A DNA stretch of 64,000 nucleotides from Coraliomargarita sp. (GCA_965216325.1 OZ244160.1:64001-128000); one strand, 5' to 3'; shown: positions 32,221-45,742, counted from the stretch's first letter. Made by a program: numbers and translations. Notes: generated by a model not told the origin, from the letters alone.

Positions 32221-32915
32221 TTGTTGAGCAGCCACTCCATGTAAGCGAGGTCTTGAGCTGTCGTCAGCTTAGGGTTCGGGTGCGTATTGACGACGATAGT
32301 GGTTTTCAGACCAACGGTTGCGGCAGCGGCAGTATCATCTGTGATTGATAAGCCGGCTTCCTTTACGTGCTGATAGGCTTTGAGTATGTCAGCGTACTGG
32401 AAGGCTTGAGGTGTTTCCATACCCCAAAGTCGCGAGCGATCGAGGTCTTCGAGCTCTATTTTTTGTAGTGTATCCGCATGCTGAATACGCTTGATCGTAT
32501 CGACAACCGGATGTGCTAGGACTGCTGCATTGTCTTGCAATACGGCTTTGTGGAGATCGCAAATGTTCGAAGGCTGGATTAGTGGTCGGGCACAGTCGTG
32601 AATGAAGACATTGGTGCATACACTGGGCAGGCTGGTCAGTGCGTTGAAAACGGAATCTTGTCGCTCAGATCCTCCCCAGGTGTAGTCAACGCTTACTGAG
32701 CTAAGCTCGAGTGATCGGACGATTTGCTCGATGGCTTGTTGCTGTTCGTTGTCGCGGACGACGATACAGATGTGGCTGATGCAGCCACTTTCAACGAAGG
32801 CTTCGATTGAATAGAGCAGCGCCGGTTTGTCCGCCAAGTGCACGAGCACCTTATCGTTGACCGTGCCTTGCATGCGCCGGCCGCTGCCGGCAGCCAATAA
32901 TATGGCGGCATTCAT
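32217..32915 (-). CDS. ispD: 2-C-methyl-D-erythritol 4-phosphate cytidylyltransferase
   Basis: LAAGSGRRM, GGSERQDSV, IHDCARP, DTIK, ETPQAF, TDD, NPKLTT. Confidence 0.95.
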   Translation of the reverse strand: MNAAILLAAGSGRRMQGTVNDKVLVHLADKPALLYSIEAFVESGCISHICIVVRDNEQQQAIEQIVRSLELSSVSVDYTWGGSERQDSVFNALTSLPSVCTNVFIHDCARPLIQPSNICDLHKAVLQDNAAVLAHPVVDTIKRIQHADTLQKIELEDLDRSRLWGMETPQAFQYADILKAYQHVKEAGLSITDDTAAAATVGLKTTIVVNTHPNPKLTTAQDLAYMEWLLNK

Positions 32916-32920
32916 ATTGC

Positions 32921-33625
32921 TTAGATCGCCAGTTCACTCTGAATTGCGCGGGCTGCTGCTGCAGGATCCTCGGCGCGAAGGATGGGGCGTCCGACTACAA
33001 TGAAGTCTGAGCCCGCTTTTGCTGCAGCTGCAGGCGTCATGATCCGCTTCTGCTCATCGGCAGCACTGCCCGCAGGACGAATGCCAGGAGTCACAATAAT
33101 TGGATCTCGGCCAAACTTTGCACGCAGTGGTGCAAGTTCGAGTGAGGAGCACACTAAGCCTTGTGAACCGGCTCCGAGTGCATGCTCGGCGAGGTGAACT
33201 ACTTGGCCTTCAGCGGTCGCCTTGACGTTGAGCGCGTTGAGTTGCTCAGTGCTCATGGATGTCAGCACAGTGACAGATAGAAGATTGAGGTCCGGTGCAT
33301 ACTCCGCACGCGCTTTGTTGGCCCATTCGATCATCTCGGCACCACCGGAGGCGTGGAGGGTGAGTAGTTGCACGGGGAGACTGGAAATGCTCTGAACAGC
33401 TTTGGCGACGGTGTTTGGGATGTCGTGTAGCTTTAGGTCGAGGAAGATCTTGTAGCCACGGTTCGCGACCTCGCGAACGAAGTCGGGGCCATATGCAGTA
33501 AACAACTGCAGGCCGATTTTGACCCATTCGAGTGAGTCGCCGAGGCGATCCAGCATCGCGAGTGCTTCTTCGCGTGTTTCAAGGTCGAGTGCTAAAATAA
33601 GTTGGCAGCGTTTCTCTGTCGTCAT
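32921..33625 (-). CDS. pyrF: Orotidine-5'-phosphate decarboxylase
   Basis: LALD, KIG, FLDLKLHDIPNT, VTVLTS, TPGIRP, VVGRPI. Confidence 0.96.
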   Translation of the reverse strand: MTTEKRCQLILALDLETREEALAMLDRLGDSLEWVKIGLQLFTAYGPDFVREVANRGYKIFLDLKLHDIPNTVAKAVQSISSLPVQLLTLHASGGAEMIEWANKARAEYAPDLNLLSVTVLTSMSTEQLNALNVKATAEGQVVHLAEHALGAGSQGLVCSSLELAPLRAKFGRDPIIVTPGIRPAGSAADEQKRIMTPAAAAKAGSDFIVVGRPILRAEDPAAAARAIQSELAI

Positions 33626-33724
33626 GAGCTCCACGCTGAGTTGCCAGAGCGGGGAGGGCAATCGACAAAAATAGGAAATTTGTCTGGTCGCTGCTTGGGC
33701 GATACACACACTACGGGTAGTTTT

Positions 33725-34618
33725 ATGCCTGATTCAGCTTCTCAGCTCACATTACACTCGCCGGCCAAGACAAATCTCATGCTGTCAGTGCATCCCTGCC
33801 GTGCGGATGGCTTTCACGAGCTCACTTCGCTGATTGTTGCTCTGGATTTTGGTGATACGCTGCAGGTGGAGTGTGCCGAAGGGAAGGATATATTGATTTG
33901 CTCGGGTGCTGCTGTGCCCACCGGACCGGAGAATCTAGTCCTCCGAGCGGCAAATGGTTTTCGGAAGCGTCTAGGTCGTAATTTGTATTTTCGCTTTCAT
34001 CTGGAAAAACGTATACCGATGGGATCTGGTCTTGGTGGCGGCAGTGGAAATGCTGCAGTGGCCCTAAAAGGCATGAATTCACTCGCAGGTGATGCCCTGC
34101 CGCTAGTGGTTTTACACGAACTTGCGGCCGAGCTCGGCTCCGATTGCCCCTTCTTTATCGGGCAAGAACCTGCAATTATGCGAGGGAGAGGCGAACTCCT
34201 AGAGTCACTGCCTGTGTCAGTCGCGACTCGGCTTCGAGGCCAGCGATTGCTGTTGTTTCGACCTGAGTTCCCAGTCGGAACCGCATGGGCGTATGGGCAA
34301 CTAATTGCCGGAGCACCGGATACATATGAGTCACCCGAGCTTGCGAACCGCCGCTTGGAGGACTTCATTCAGTCCGGTGGTGGGTTGGGTGATCTTTTGT
34401 TCAACTCTTTTGAGCGTCCGATCGGCCGTAAATATCTGGCAATTTCGACCTTGCTGAGTGGATTGAGGGCGTTGGGGGTGCCTTGCTTGATGAGTGGCAG
34501 TGGTAGTTGTTGCCTAGCTTTGTTACAAGATGATGGGCCTGCCCCAGAACAAATTCAGGCCCAAATTCGCTCTGCTTGGGGCGAATCGGTCTTTTTAGTT
34601 GAAACTTCCATTGCCTAA
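33725..34618 (+). CDS. ispE: 4-diphosphocytidyl-2-C-methyl-D-erythritol kinase
   Basis: PAKTNL, DGFHEL, KRIPMGSGLGGGSGNAA, LGSDCPFF, MSGSGS. Confidence 0.95.
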   Translation: MPDSASQLTLHSPAKTNLMLSVHPCRADGFHELTSLIVALDFGDTLQVECAEGKDILICSGAAVPTGPENLVLRAANGFRKRLGRNLYFRFHLEKRIPMGSGLGGGSGNAAVALKGMNSLAGDALPLVVLHELAAELGSDCPFFIGQEPAIMRGRGELLESLPVSVATRLRGQRLLLFRPEFPVGTAWAYGQLIAGAPDTYESPELANRRLEDFIQSGGGLGDLLFNSFERPIGRKYLAISTLLSGLRALGVPCLMSGSGSCCLALLQDDGPAPEQIQAQIRSAWGESVFLVETSIA

Positions 34619-34695
34619 GCTGAAACTAGCCAGACCTCCGGACCAGTTGAAGCTGCCGACCCTACATTCCTAATTAACCCTATACATCTGAAATC

Positions 34696-36456
34696 GTGTT
34701 CACTGCTGCCGAAAAGCAAGAGTTAGTTCTTGAAGGTATTGCCGCATCGCCAGGCGTTGCGCATGGCACTGCCTTCGTGTATCTACAAAAGAAGTTGGAT
34801 GTTCCTTGCTACGATATTGCGGATGGAGTGGATACGGAGATCGAGCGTTTTGATCAGGCAATTTTAGAGACCCGAGCCCAGATTACGGAAGTTCGTAATA
34901 AGATCGCGAACTCACTCGGGGAAGGGGAGGCGCACATTTTTGATGCGCATTTGTTGGTGCTGGAGGATAGTGCACTCATTGAGGAAGTGATTTCCGAGCT
35001 CCGTAATACCGGCAAGAACATTGAGTTTTGCTATAATAAGGTCGCGCAGCGTTACATTTCGTTCTTCAGTTCGATGGAGGATGAATATCTGAAAGAACGT
35101 GTTGCCGATATTCAGGATGTTTCACGCCGTTTACTGCATAACTTGATTGGCATGCAGGAGGCCGACTTGGGCCAGCTTGCCCACAACAGCATTATTGTTT
35201 CCGAGGATATCACACCATCGGAAACTGCAGACTTGGATCGCACTAAGTTGCTAGCATTTGTGACCGATGCAGGTGGCAAAACGAGTCACTCAGTGATCAT
35301 GGCGCGTTCGCTTCGCATTCCAGCGGTCGTTGGTTTGCATGATGCGACTAAGCAACTGAAGACAGGTGATGAGATTATTGTCGATGGCCATGAAGGTTTA
35401 ATCATCGTTAATCCGACTGAAGAGCGTCTATTTACATACGGTAAGCTCGCTTCTGAGCGTGAGAAGCGTGATGCGATTATTCACTCGGTTTTGCCGGAAC
35501 CAAGTTGCACGGTTGATGGCGAGAGCATCCGTTTAATGGCGAACGTCGAATGTGCGGCTGAGATGGACCACGTTCAGAAGATGAACGCTGAAGGTGTTGG
35601 TTTGTTTCGGACCGAGGGGATTTTTCTGCGCCACCACGGCTATCCTCCAGAAGCAGTCCAGTATGAGGAGTATATGGCGGTTGCGAAAGCAGCGGGTGAG
35701 CATCCTGTTATTATTCGCACCTTGGACATTGGTGGTGATAAGACCATTGATGACGGTAAGGATGGCAAAGAGGACAACTCTTTTATGGGCTTCCGGGCGA
35801 TCCGCTTTTGCCTAGAGAATCTGGATATCTTTAAGACACAGTTGCGAGCGATCTTACGCGCCAGTGCACATGGTAACGTGAAGATCATGTATCCGATGAT
35901 CAGTGGTCTCGCCGAGCTCCGTAAAGCAAATGAGGTGCTTGAATCCGTGAAGGTCGAGCTGCGTGAGCTTGGGCATGGGTTTAACGAAGACATCGAAGTC
36001 GGTGCGATGGTTGAAGTTCCCAGTGCGGCGATTGTGGTCGATCTTCTGGCAAAGGAATGCGACTTTTTGAGTATTGGAACGAACGATTTAATCCAATACT
36101 TGATGGCGGTAGATCGCCTCAATGACCGCGTTGCGCACCTCTATGAACCTGCACATCCTGCTGTGATCCGGACGCTCAAGACTATTATTGATGGTGGTAA
36201 TGCAGCGGGAATACCAGTGAGTATTTGTGGTGAAGTTGGAGGTGATCCGATCTATGCCAGCCTAATCTTGGGTATGGGCGCGGACTCAATCAGTCTTACT
36301 TCGGGTATGTTGCCGGAAGTGAAGTATTTTATCCGCAAAATGAAGGCTGCCGATGCGCGTGCTCTAGTTGATGAAGTGTTGAGCATCGCTGAGCCTGAAG
36401 TGATCTTGCAGCGCTTACGTGAGTTCCATTCCGAAACGATTGGCGAGTTAGTTTAG
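34696..36456 (+). CDS. ptsI: PTS enzyme I
   Basis: GIAASPG, GGKTSHSVIMARSL (phospho-His), GVGLFRTE, RTLDIGGDK, SIGTNDLIQY, ICGE. Confidence 0.96.
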   Translation: MFTAAEKQELVLEGIAASPGVAHGTAFVYLQKKLDVPCYDIADGVDTEIERFDQAILETRAQITEVRNKIANSLGEGEAHIFDAHLLVLEDSALIEEVISELRNTGKNIEFCYNKVAQRYISFFSSMEDEYLKERVADIQDVSRRLLHNLIGMQEADLGQLAHNSIIVSEDITPSETADLDRTKLLAFVTDAGGKTSHSVIMARSLRIPAVVGLHDATKQLKTGDEIIVDGHEGLIIVNPTEERLFTYGKLASEREKRDAIIHSVLPEPSCTVDGESIRLMANVECAAEMDHVQKMNAEGVGLFRTEGIFLRHHGYPPEAVQYEEYMAVAKAAGEHPVIIRTLDIGGDKTIDDGKDGKEDNSFMGFRAIRFCLENLDIFKTQLRAILRASAHGNVKIMYPMISGLAELRKANEVLESVKVELRELGHGFNEDIEVGAMVEVPSAAIVVDLLAKECDFLSIGTNDLIQYLMAVDRLNDRVAHLYEPAHPAVIRTLKTIIDGGNAAGIPVSICGEVGGDPIYASLILGMGADSISLTSGMLPEVKYFIRKMKAADARALVDEVLSIAEPEVILQRLREFHSETIGELV

Positions 36457-36564
36457 TCTCCGCTTCGGGCATCTTATCGTTCAGGTGCCTATCTCGAAGA
36501 TAAGGCGGTCTAAAGGAGATTCGGATACTTTGACATTATTGTTTGGAGTCCCAAGCTGCGAGGC

Positions 36565-37551
36565 ATGACGAAGGATTCCATCGAAACTATGCTACTGGAA
36601 CTCACTGGCGCAAATGCGTTGGGGGAGCAGACCGTGTTGCAGAGCTTGTGGAGTGGCTATGGTTCGATCGTGCGCTATTCACTCAAGGGCGCCGAGTTGC
36701 CGAGTGTGGTTGTGAAGCATGTTTCGCCTCCAACAATTGCAGACCATCCTCGAGGCTGGAATTCGGATTTGTCGCATCAACGCAAGCTACAGTCTTACGC
36801 AGTCGAAACTGCGTGGTATCAGGACTATGCTGCTCTGTGCGGAGTGAATTGCCGAGTTCCACAGTGCTACACGGTCGAATCTTCGGGCGATGAAGTGGTC
36901 ATGGTGCTGGAGGATCTGGATGCCGCAGGCTATGCGCTACGACACACACAGATTGATGAAACTGGTGTGCTTGCCTGCTTGCGCTGGCTGGCGAATTTTC
37001 ATGCATGTTTTCTGAGGCAGCGACCGGACAATCTATGGGAGGTCGGGACCTATTGGCATTTGAACACTCGGCCGGATGAGCTGAAAATCTTGGCGGTTGA
37101 AGATCCTGAACTGTGTGCAGCTGCTGAGAAGTTGGATTCGAGACTGAATGCCGCCCAATATCAGACCTTCGTGCATGGTGATGCCAAGCTGGCAAATTTC
37201 TGTTTTTCGTCGAAGGGCGACACGGTTGCTGCGGTAGATTTTCAGTATGTCGGCGGTGGTTGCGGCATGAAGGATGTCGCTTACTTCTTAGGTAGTTGCT
37301 TGAGCGAGAAGGAATGTGAGTGGCTAGAAGGTGAGTTGCTGGATGCATACTTTTCGTTTTTGAAGCAGGCAGTTGGCAAGCGTAGTGACTCTGTGGATAC
37401 GGATGCATTGGAAGCGGAGTGGCGTGCCTTGTATCCGGTCGCATGGACCGACTTCCATCGTTTCCTCAAAGGTTGGAGTCCAGGGCACTGGAAGATCAAT
37501 AGTTATAGCGAACGTCTGGCGCGTGAGGTTGTCTCCAATTTGAAGTTGTAG
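36565..37551 (+). CDS. APH/choline/ecdysteroid-kinase-like phosphotransferase
   Basis: [39 protein letters not shown]. Confidence 0.85.
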   Translation: MTKDSIETMLLELTGANALGEQTVLQSLWSGYGSIVRYSLKGAELPSVVVKHVSPPTIADHPRGWNSDLSHQRKLQSYAVETAWYQDYAALCGVNCRVPQCYTVESSGDEVVMVLEDLDAAGYALRHTQIDETGVLACLRWLANFHACFLRQRPDNLWEVGTYWHLNTRPDELKILAVEDPELCAAAEKLDSRLNAAQYQTFVHGDAKLANFCFSSKGDTVAAVDFQYVGGGCGMKDVAYFLGSCLSEKECEWLEGELLDAYFSFLKQAVGKRSDSVDTDALEAEWRALYPVAWTDFHRFLKGWSPGHWKINSYSERLAREVVSNLKL

Positions 37552-37581
37552 GGGCTTTCACATCGAATATTTGATTTAACT

Positions 37582-38454
37582 ATGAAGCTTAGCACAGAGA
37601 GTCTTTCAGAGTTAGCGGATGTTGCAGAGCAGGCGGCCCGCGAGGCGGGGGCTTTGATTGCCAGTTATCGTGAGCGTGAAGTGAAGGTGCTTCATAAAGA
37701 GACTGGTGATACTTTGGCGTCACAGGTCGTCACGGAAGTGGATGACTTAGCCCAAACGCTAATTTTGAAACATCTTCAGCCGAGTATCCAAAGCAATGAC
37801 TTAGCCTTGTTGACCGAAGAGTCGGAGGATAATGGCAGTCGTCATGCGAAAGAGGCCTTTTGGTGTATCGACCCAATGGATGGCACCTTGCCGTTTACGC
37901 AAGGGATTCCTGGCTACTCCGTTTCGATCGCCTTGGTGGCTCGAGATGGGACTCCTTTGATTGGTGTCGTGTATGACCCGGTAAAGGAGAAATTGTATCG
38001 AGCGGTCGCTGGGCAGGGGATAGAGATTGATGGGCAAGTTTGGACGTCGAAACTAGAGCACTCGTTGGAGCTCAGTTTCTACTGCGATTGCACCTTTGAT
38101 GCTCATCCCGAACGCGACGCAATTGTTGCGGATATGGAAGCGTTTGCACAGGAGCAGGGCTATTCTGGGTTGGCCATCAAGGTTGGTGGGGGCGGTGTGC
38201 TCAATGCTTGCTGGGTGCTCGAGCGTCCACCAGCGATTTATTTCAAACGGCCCAAGATTCAAGTTGGGGGCGGTTCGATCTGGGATTTTGCGGCTACGGC
38301 CTGCCTGTTCCATGAGGCGGGGCTAGCTGCGACTGACTTTAATGGAGCACCCCTCGACCTAAACCGAGCCGAGTCGACCTTTATGAACCACCGCGGAGTG
38401 TGCTATGCGACCGATGTCATGCTTGCAGAGGCCTTACGAAACTGGAGCGCTTAG
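37582..38454 (+). CDS. Inositol monophosphatase/CysQ-family phosphatase
   Basis: VTEVD, LTEE, WCIDPMDGT, WDFAA. Confidence 0.9.
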   Translation: MKLSTESLSELADVAEQAAREAGALIASYREREVKVLHKETGDTLASQVVTEVDDLAQTLILKHLQPSIQSNDLALLTEESEDNGSRHAKEAFWCIDPMDGTLPFTQGIPGYSVSIALVARDGTPLIGVVYDPVKEKLYRAVAGQGIEIDGQVWTSKLEHSLELSFYCDCTFDAHPERDAIVADMEAFAQEQGYSGLAIKVGGGGVLNACWVLERPPAIYFKRPKIQVGGGSIWDFAATACLFHEAGLAATDFNGAPLDLNRAESTFMNHRGVCYATDVMLAEALRNWSA

Positions 38455-38966
38455 CGATTCCAGGGCATCTTGGCCAACATGAGGCCCATGCCACAGGTGT
38501 CGGTCATGCCGGCGAAAATGAGCCCAGCGCCCACGAAGGCGGAAATGCCGAGGAAGCCAGTATGCACACTGAGTCCGAGAATGACTCCAACTAAGACTAG
38601 GCTTCCGGCGGCTATACGCACCTGTCGCTCGATCGACATGCAGCGTTCACCGTATTCGATATCTACACCAGCTTGTATGGCTGCGTCCGTTCCGCCTTCG
38701 ATCACATACAGGTTAGGGTGGCCTGCTTTCGAGAGTTTGGTTGCAGCGAGTGCGGCGCGTTTGCCGCTTTGGCAGAGAATGTAGACCGGGAAATCCAAGT
38801 CGTTCTCTGCACAGAATGCGTCTGCGTCCAATTGGTCCAAGGGGCTTAGTTCGGCACCAACGACATGAGCCGCTTTGAACTCTGCGGGGGAGCGCACATC
38901 AATCACAGTGTGACCATCGTTTATAAGAGCAGGGAGTTGTTTCGCGGCAATCGTATTAAAACTCAT
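38451..38966 (-). CDS. Membrane rhodanese (YgaP-like, DUF2892)
   Basis: IDVRSPAEF, LCQSGKRA, EGG, ERQVRIAAG, CGMGLMLAKMPWN. Confidence 0.9.
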   Translation of the reverse strand: MSFNTIAAKQLPALINDGHTVIDVRSPAEFKAAHVVGAELSPLDQLDADAFCAENDLDFPVYILCQSGKRAALAATKLSKAGHPNLYVIEGGTDAAIQAGVDIEYGERCMSIERQVRIAAGSLVLVGVILGLSVHTGFLGISAFVGAGLIFAGMTDTCGMGLMLAKMPWNR

Positions 38967-39076
38967 GCTCAGGATACTATTCAACCGCTCGGTGAATTCA
39001 AGACTTGGCGCGCAATCATCAGCCGCTTTAATCGCGCTCTTCAGTTTTTCAACGATCACCGTCAATACATACGCAT

Positions 39077-40627
<1,551 letters not shown>

Positions 40628-40648
40628 TCTGCATTATAGATTTCTAAC

Positions 40649-40682
40649 AAAAAGGCCGGGCAAGGATGTTCGGCCTTTTTTT
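40649..40682 (+). terminator. Rho-independent terminator after purH
   Basis: aaaaaggccgggca-agga-tgttcggccttttttt. Confidence 0.8.
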
Positions 40683-40894
40683 GCGTGCGACACAGGCATT
40701 CCTGTCTGTGTGAGTCAGTGAGTTACAAACATTGCCCTTTTCTGGTAGAACCCTTTTTCAGTGGCAGTTCCTTGGTGATCGCTTGCGTGGGGTATACAAT
40801 TAAAAAACAAATAACAGTTCTGTTCCCTTGGTGTTTTTTGTGTTTGGTTAGGGCTATTGAAACCATTTCCTAATACTTTTCAGCTAACACTAGC

Positions 40895-41731
40895 ATGAAA
40901 CTGCTCCACGTATTCTTCCTTTTTCTCGGCTTTGTTTGTTTCGCGAGCCTATATGCGGAGTCAGCCCATCCCTTGGTCGGAGTGACCCAAGAGGTTATTG
41001 TCGAACGATTTGGAATGCCCACGAACTCACTCTCGAGCAGCACGAAGACGATTCTAAATTACCCGCAGGGACGGATTACGCTAAAGCAGGGGCAAGTTAC
41101 CGACGTGTCGGGGCAGTTTGCATTCGATCCCTCCAAGCCGCCTGCGCTGAAAAATACAACGACGAGCGTCCAGTCCGAGGCACCACCCGCTAGGACTGTA
41201 GAGGCGCCAGCACCTGTGGCTGAGAAGCCAAGAGTTGTGGAGACAGAGACCCCGAAGAGTTTTAGATGGAGTGTAATGCTAGCGGATGCTCAAAGAAGAT
41301 CAGAAGCGAGTGGCTTACCCATCCTTGTTCTATTCACTGGGCCAGATTGGTGCCCGCCTTGCATACAGCTAGAGAAAGAGGTTCTTCCACGTAAAGAGTT
41401 CCAAAATTATGTTCGCACCAATTTCATTCCGCTCAAAGTCGCGCTTTTTCGCCGCTCGCCACAGAGCCCAGCCAGTAAAGCTCAATACGAGTCGATGGCC
41501 GCTCAGTATGGTGTGAATGGAGTACCTGCATTTATCATTATCTCGGCGGATGGAACACTCCTTAGTGAACCAGACATCTGGAAGCAACACTCCGGCGCAA
41601 AGAATCGAGAGCAACAGATCATCGCCGCGATTCAAGCCGCCGATGGCGGATTGGCCGGAGCCAAATCCTACCTGAAGATCGCACTGGGCTTAGTGCTGGT
41701 GATCGTGCTAATTCGAGCCATTCGAAAATAA
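40895..41731 (+). CDS. Exported thioredoxin-fold protein with C-terminal membrane anchor
   Basis: Signal peptide, Pro-rich linker, FTGPDWCPPC, GVP, terminal hydrophobic helix plus RAIRK. Confidence 0.85.
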   Translation: MKLLHVFFLFLGFVCFASLYAESAHPLVGVTQEVIVERFGMPTNSLSSSTKTILNYPQGRITLKQGQVTDVSGQFAFDPSKPPALKNTTTSVQSEAPPARTVEAPAPVAEKPRVVETETPKSFRWSVMLADAQRRSEASGLPILVLFTGPDWCPPCIQLEKEVLPRKEFQNYVRTNFIPLKVALFRRSPQSPASKAQYESMAAQYGVNGVPAFIIISADGTLLSEPDIWKQHSGAKNREQQIIAAIQAADGGLAGAKSYLKIALGLVLVIVLIRAIRK

Positions 41732-41877
41732 TTTGATGGGGTATAAGTGTTGGGTACGAGTCTTCGAAAGCATTTGCGCTTGGTTGCCTAGATATCCGAA
41801 GATGTCATATCCGGCACCCGGACTCCTTTTCATGCTTGTTTCGCGGGGAGAAGCTGTTTTCTTTGCGCGTTTCTATT

Positions 41878-43689
<1,812 letters not shown>

Positions 43690-43718
43690 GCCTCGCAAAA
43701 CGAATTACTTTTCGACTG

Positions 43719-43746
43719 GAACCCGGAGCCTGCTCCGGGTTTCTTT
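43719..43746 (+). terminator. Rho-independent terminator after aspS
   Basis: aacccggagc-ct-gctccgggtttcttt. Confidence 0.75.
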
Positions 43747-43795
43747 GTATACATTACTTATTTTTAATTAAGAAGAACTAGCAGCTGTTGTTTTT

Positions 43796-43863
43796 ACTAC
43801 GAAAGTCGCGAAAGCTTCTCTAAACGTAATCTATGGTTTCGCGTTATTCGCGTCTTTCGTAGT
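43796..43863. repeat. Short inverted repeat with cgaaa/cgcgaa units upstream of the Lpt fusion gene
   Basis: actacgaaagtcgcgaa ... ttcgcgtctttcgtagt. Confidence 0.7.
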
Positions 43864-43882
43864 TAATTTCAGTTTCAGTTAG

Positions 43883-45742
43883 ATGCGCCAATTTCTACTT
43901 ATCCTCAGTCTAGCCACTGCAGTCCCAGTGATCGCCGAGAGCGAAGTGGGCAATTTCACGCCAAGTGCACCTGTGTATGATTTTCGTCTGCCACGTTTTG
44001 GAGAGAGTGGTTATACGGAATGGGTTTTGCGTGGAACTGAGGGGCATTATGACAGCCCGCAGCAGATTCGTGTGAAAGGCATGGCGCTGCGCATTTACTC
44101 AGGTGATGAGAAGATGGCGCAGGAGCTATCCATGGATAGTCCCGAAGCGACGATTCTAACTGAGAAAAACCGCGCAGTCTCGGATAGTGCGATTGAGATT
44201 ATCGGCGCGAATTTCAAGATTTCCGGATTGGGGTGGAATTGGGATGGCAACACCAAGGAGATCCGTGTGCTGGCGTATACCAAGGTCGAGTTTACGCAAA
44301 GTATCGCAGCGAGTTTAACGGAGGTGAGTCCGACAGCGCCTGAAGATGGTGGACATACTGAGATCTACAGTGAGAGCTTGGTGCTGCGCACCAGCGAGAT
44401 GGGCTATGCGTTCGAATTTACGAATGATGTGCGTGTGGTCTCTGACGAGATGGATCTAAGCAGCCAGACTTTGATTGTCTTGGCTGATGGGCCTGAGGGG
44501 CGTGATGAAAAGATGAAGGCTCCGGACGCTTCGACCACGAAGCTGGAAGCGGTGCGTCAGGTGATCGCACGTGGCGATGTAGTGATCAAGCAGGAGCAAC
44601 ATACCGTGCGTGCTGGCGAAGCTGACTTCTTCCCGCGTGAGCAGGCATCCACACTGACTGGGCTGCCGCAGGTTGAATTGCCGGGTGCATTTATTAGCGG
44701 TGCGACGATCCGCACTCGCGAGGGGCGCGTGTTGATTACCGGAGATGAGGTTGCTGGACGTGCGCAGATGATTCTGACGCAGACAGGAGGCCTGGGGATT
44801 CAAGGCGCGTCCTCATTGAGCGAGCAGACCATTGTGCTGGCTGACAAGATTTTGATGCGAGAACTGGAGGCTGAGAACAAATTCTTTTTCGAGGGCAATG
44901 TCGATGTGATGTCCGGTGCGCTCCAGCTGAAGTCGGATACGCTCACAGTTTTAGCGCGTAAGGCAGCTGAATCTGCAGGTTCGGAAGATGAATCGCTTAA
45001 GGTCGGCGAAGTGCATGATATGTTGGCTGAGGGGAGTGTGCGCATTGAGCAGGACGGCCAGATCGTGAATGCTGAAAAAGTGCGTTTCTTCCCGCTCGAA
45101 GAACGTGCACATCTGACAGGTAGCCCGACTGTATCGAATGGCGAGTCGGTGATTTCTGGGCAAAGCATTGACCTGGTGCCGGGCAAGGCGATCGTGAATG
45201 GCTCAGCGAGCGAGCGAGTCGTGGTCATTCTACCAGTGATGCCTGACTTGGGTTACAAGCCGAGTTTCATTCCATCCACGACGGAGGACACTGAAGCCTC
45301 AGAGGCGGTCGAAGAGTCCGAAACAATCGTGAAGAGCCGTATCGTTGAGATGTTGGAAGATCCGGAGAACACTCGCTTCATTTTTAAACAAGATGTGGAG
45401 GTACTTGGCACGAATTTGAAGACCACCTGTGACCGCCTCGATGTAACTGCGCGTGAAGTTGCCAGCGGCCCGGAGACTGGACAGTTGGATGTCGAAACGA
45501 TCGAAGCCATCGACAACGTCATCATCCATCAGGGCGAGCGCGTCGCTACTACCGACAAGGCGATCATCCTTCCGAAGGAGGGTAAGCTGACACTTGAAGG
45601 CAATGCAGTTGTCAAAAATCCGCAGGGCACAGTTAAGGGGCATCGCGTGACGCTCTATCAAGGCGAACGCCGAGCTGTCGTCGAGGGCGATAAGTCCCAG
45701 GGCGATGGTCGTGCCAAGATCACACTCCCAATGCCGGAGTAG
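43883..45742 (+). CDS. LptC-like plus three tandem LptA/OstA-like beta-jellyroll domains
   Basis: Signal peptide; LptC-like N-terminal region; three internal repeats (F-x-x-D/N-V-x-V ... A-x-G/D-x-V-x-I-x-Q ... L-x-G); directly upstream of lptB. Confidence 0.82.
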   Translation: MRQFLLILSLATAVPVIAESEVGNFTPSAPVYDFRLPRFGESGYTEWVLRGTEGHYDSPQQIRVKGMALRIYSGDEKMAQELSMDSPEATILTEKNRAVSDSAIEIIGANFKISGLGWNWDGNTKEIRVLAYTKVEFTQSIAASLTEVSPTAPEDGGHTEIYSESLVLRTSEMGYAFEFTNDVRVVSDEMDLSSQTLIVLADGPEGRDEKMKAPDASTTKLEAVRQVIARGDVVIKQEQHTVRAGEADFFPREQASTLTGLPQVELPGAFISGATIRTREGRVLITGDEVAGRAQMILTQTGGLGIQGASSLSEQTIVLADKILMRELEAENKFFFEGNVDVMSGALQLKSDTLTVLARKAAESAGSEDESLKVGEVHDMLAEGSVRIEQDGQIVNAEKVRFFPLEERAHLTGSPTVSNGESVISGQSIDLVPGKAIVNGSASERVVVILPVMPDLGYKPSFIPSTTEDTEASEAVEESETIVKSRIVEMLEDPENTRFIFKQDVEVLGTNLKTTCDRLDVTAREVASGPETGQLDVETIEAIDNVIIHQGERVATTDKAIILPKEGKLTLEGNAVVKNPQGTVKGHRVTLYQGERRAVVEGDKSQGDGRAKITLPMPE

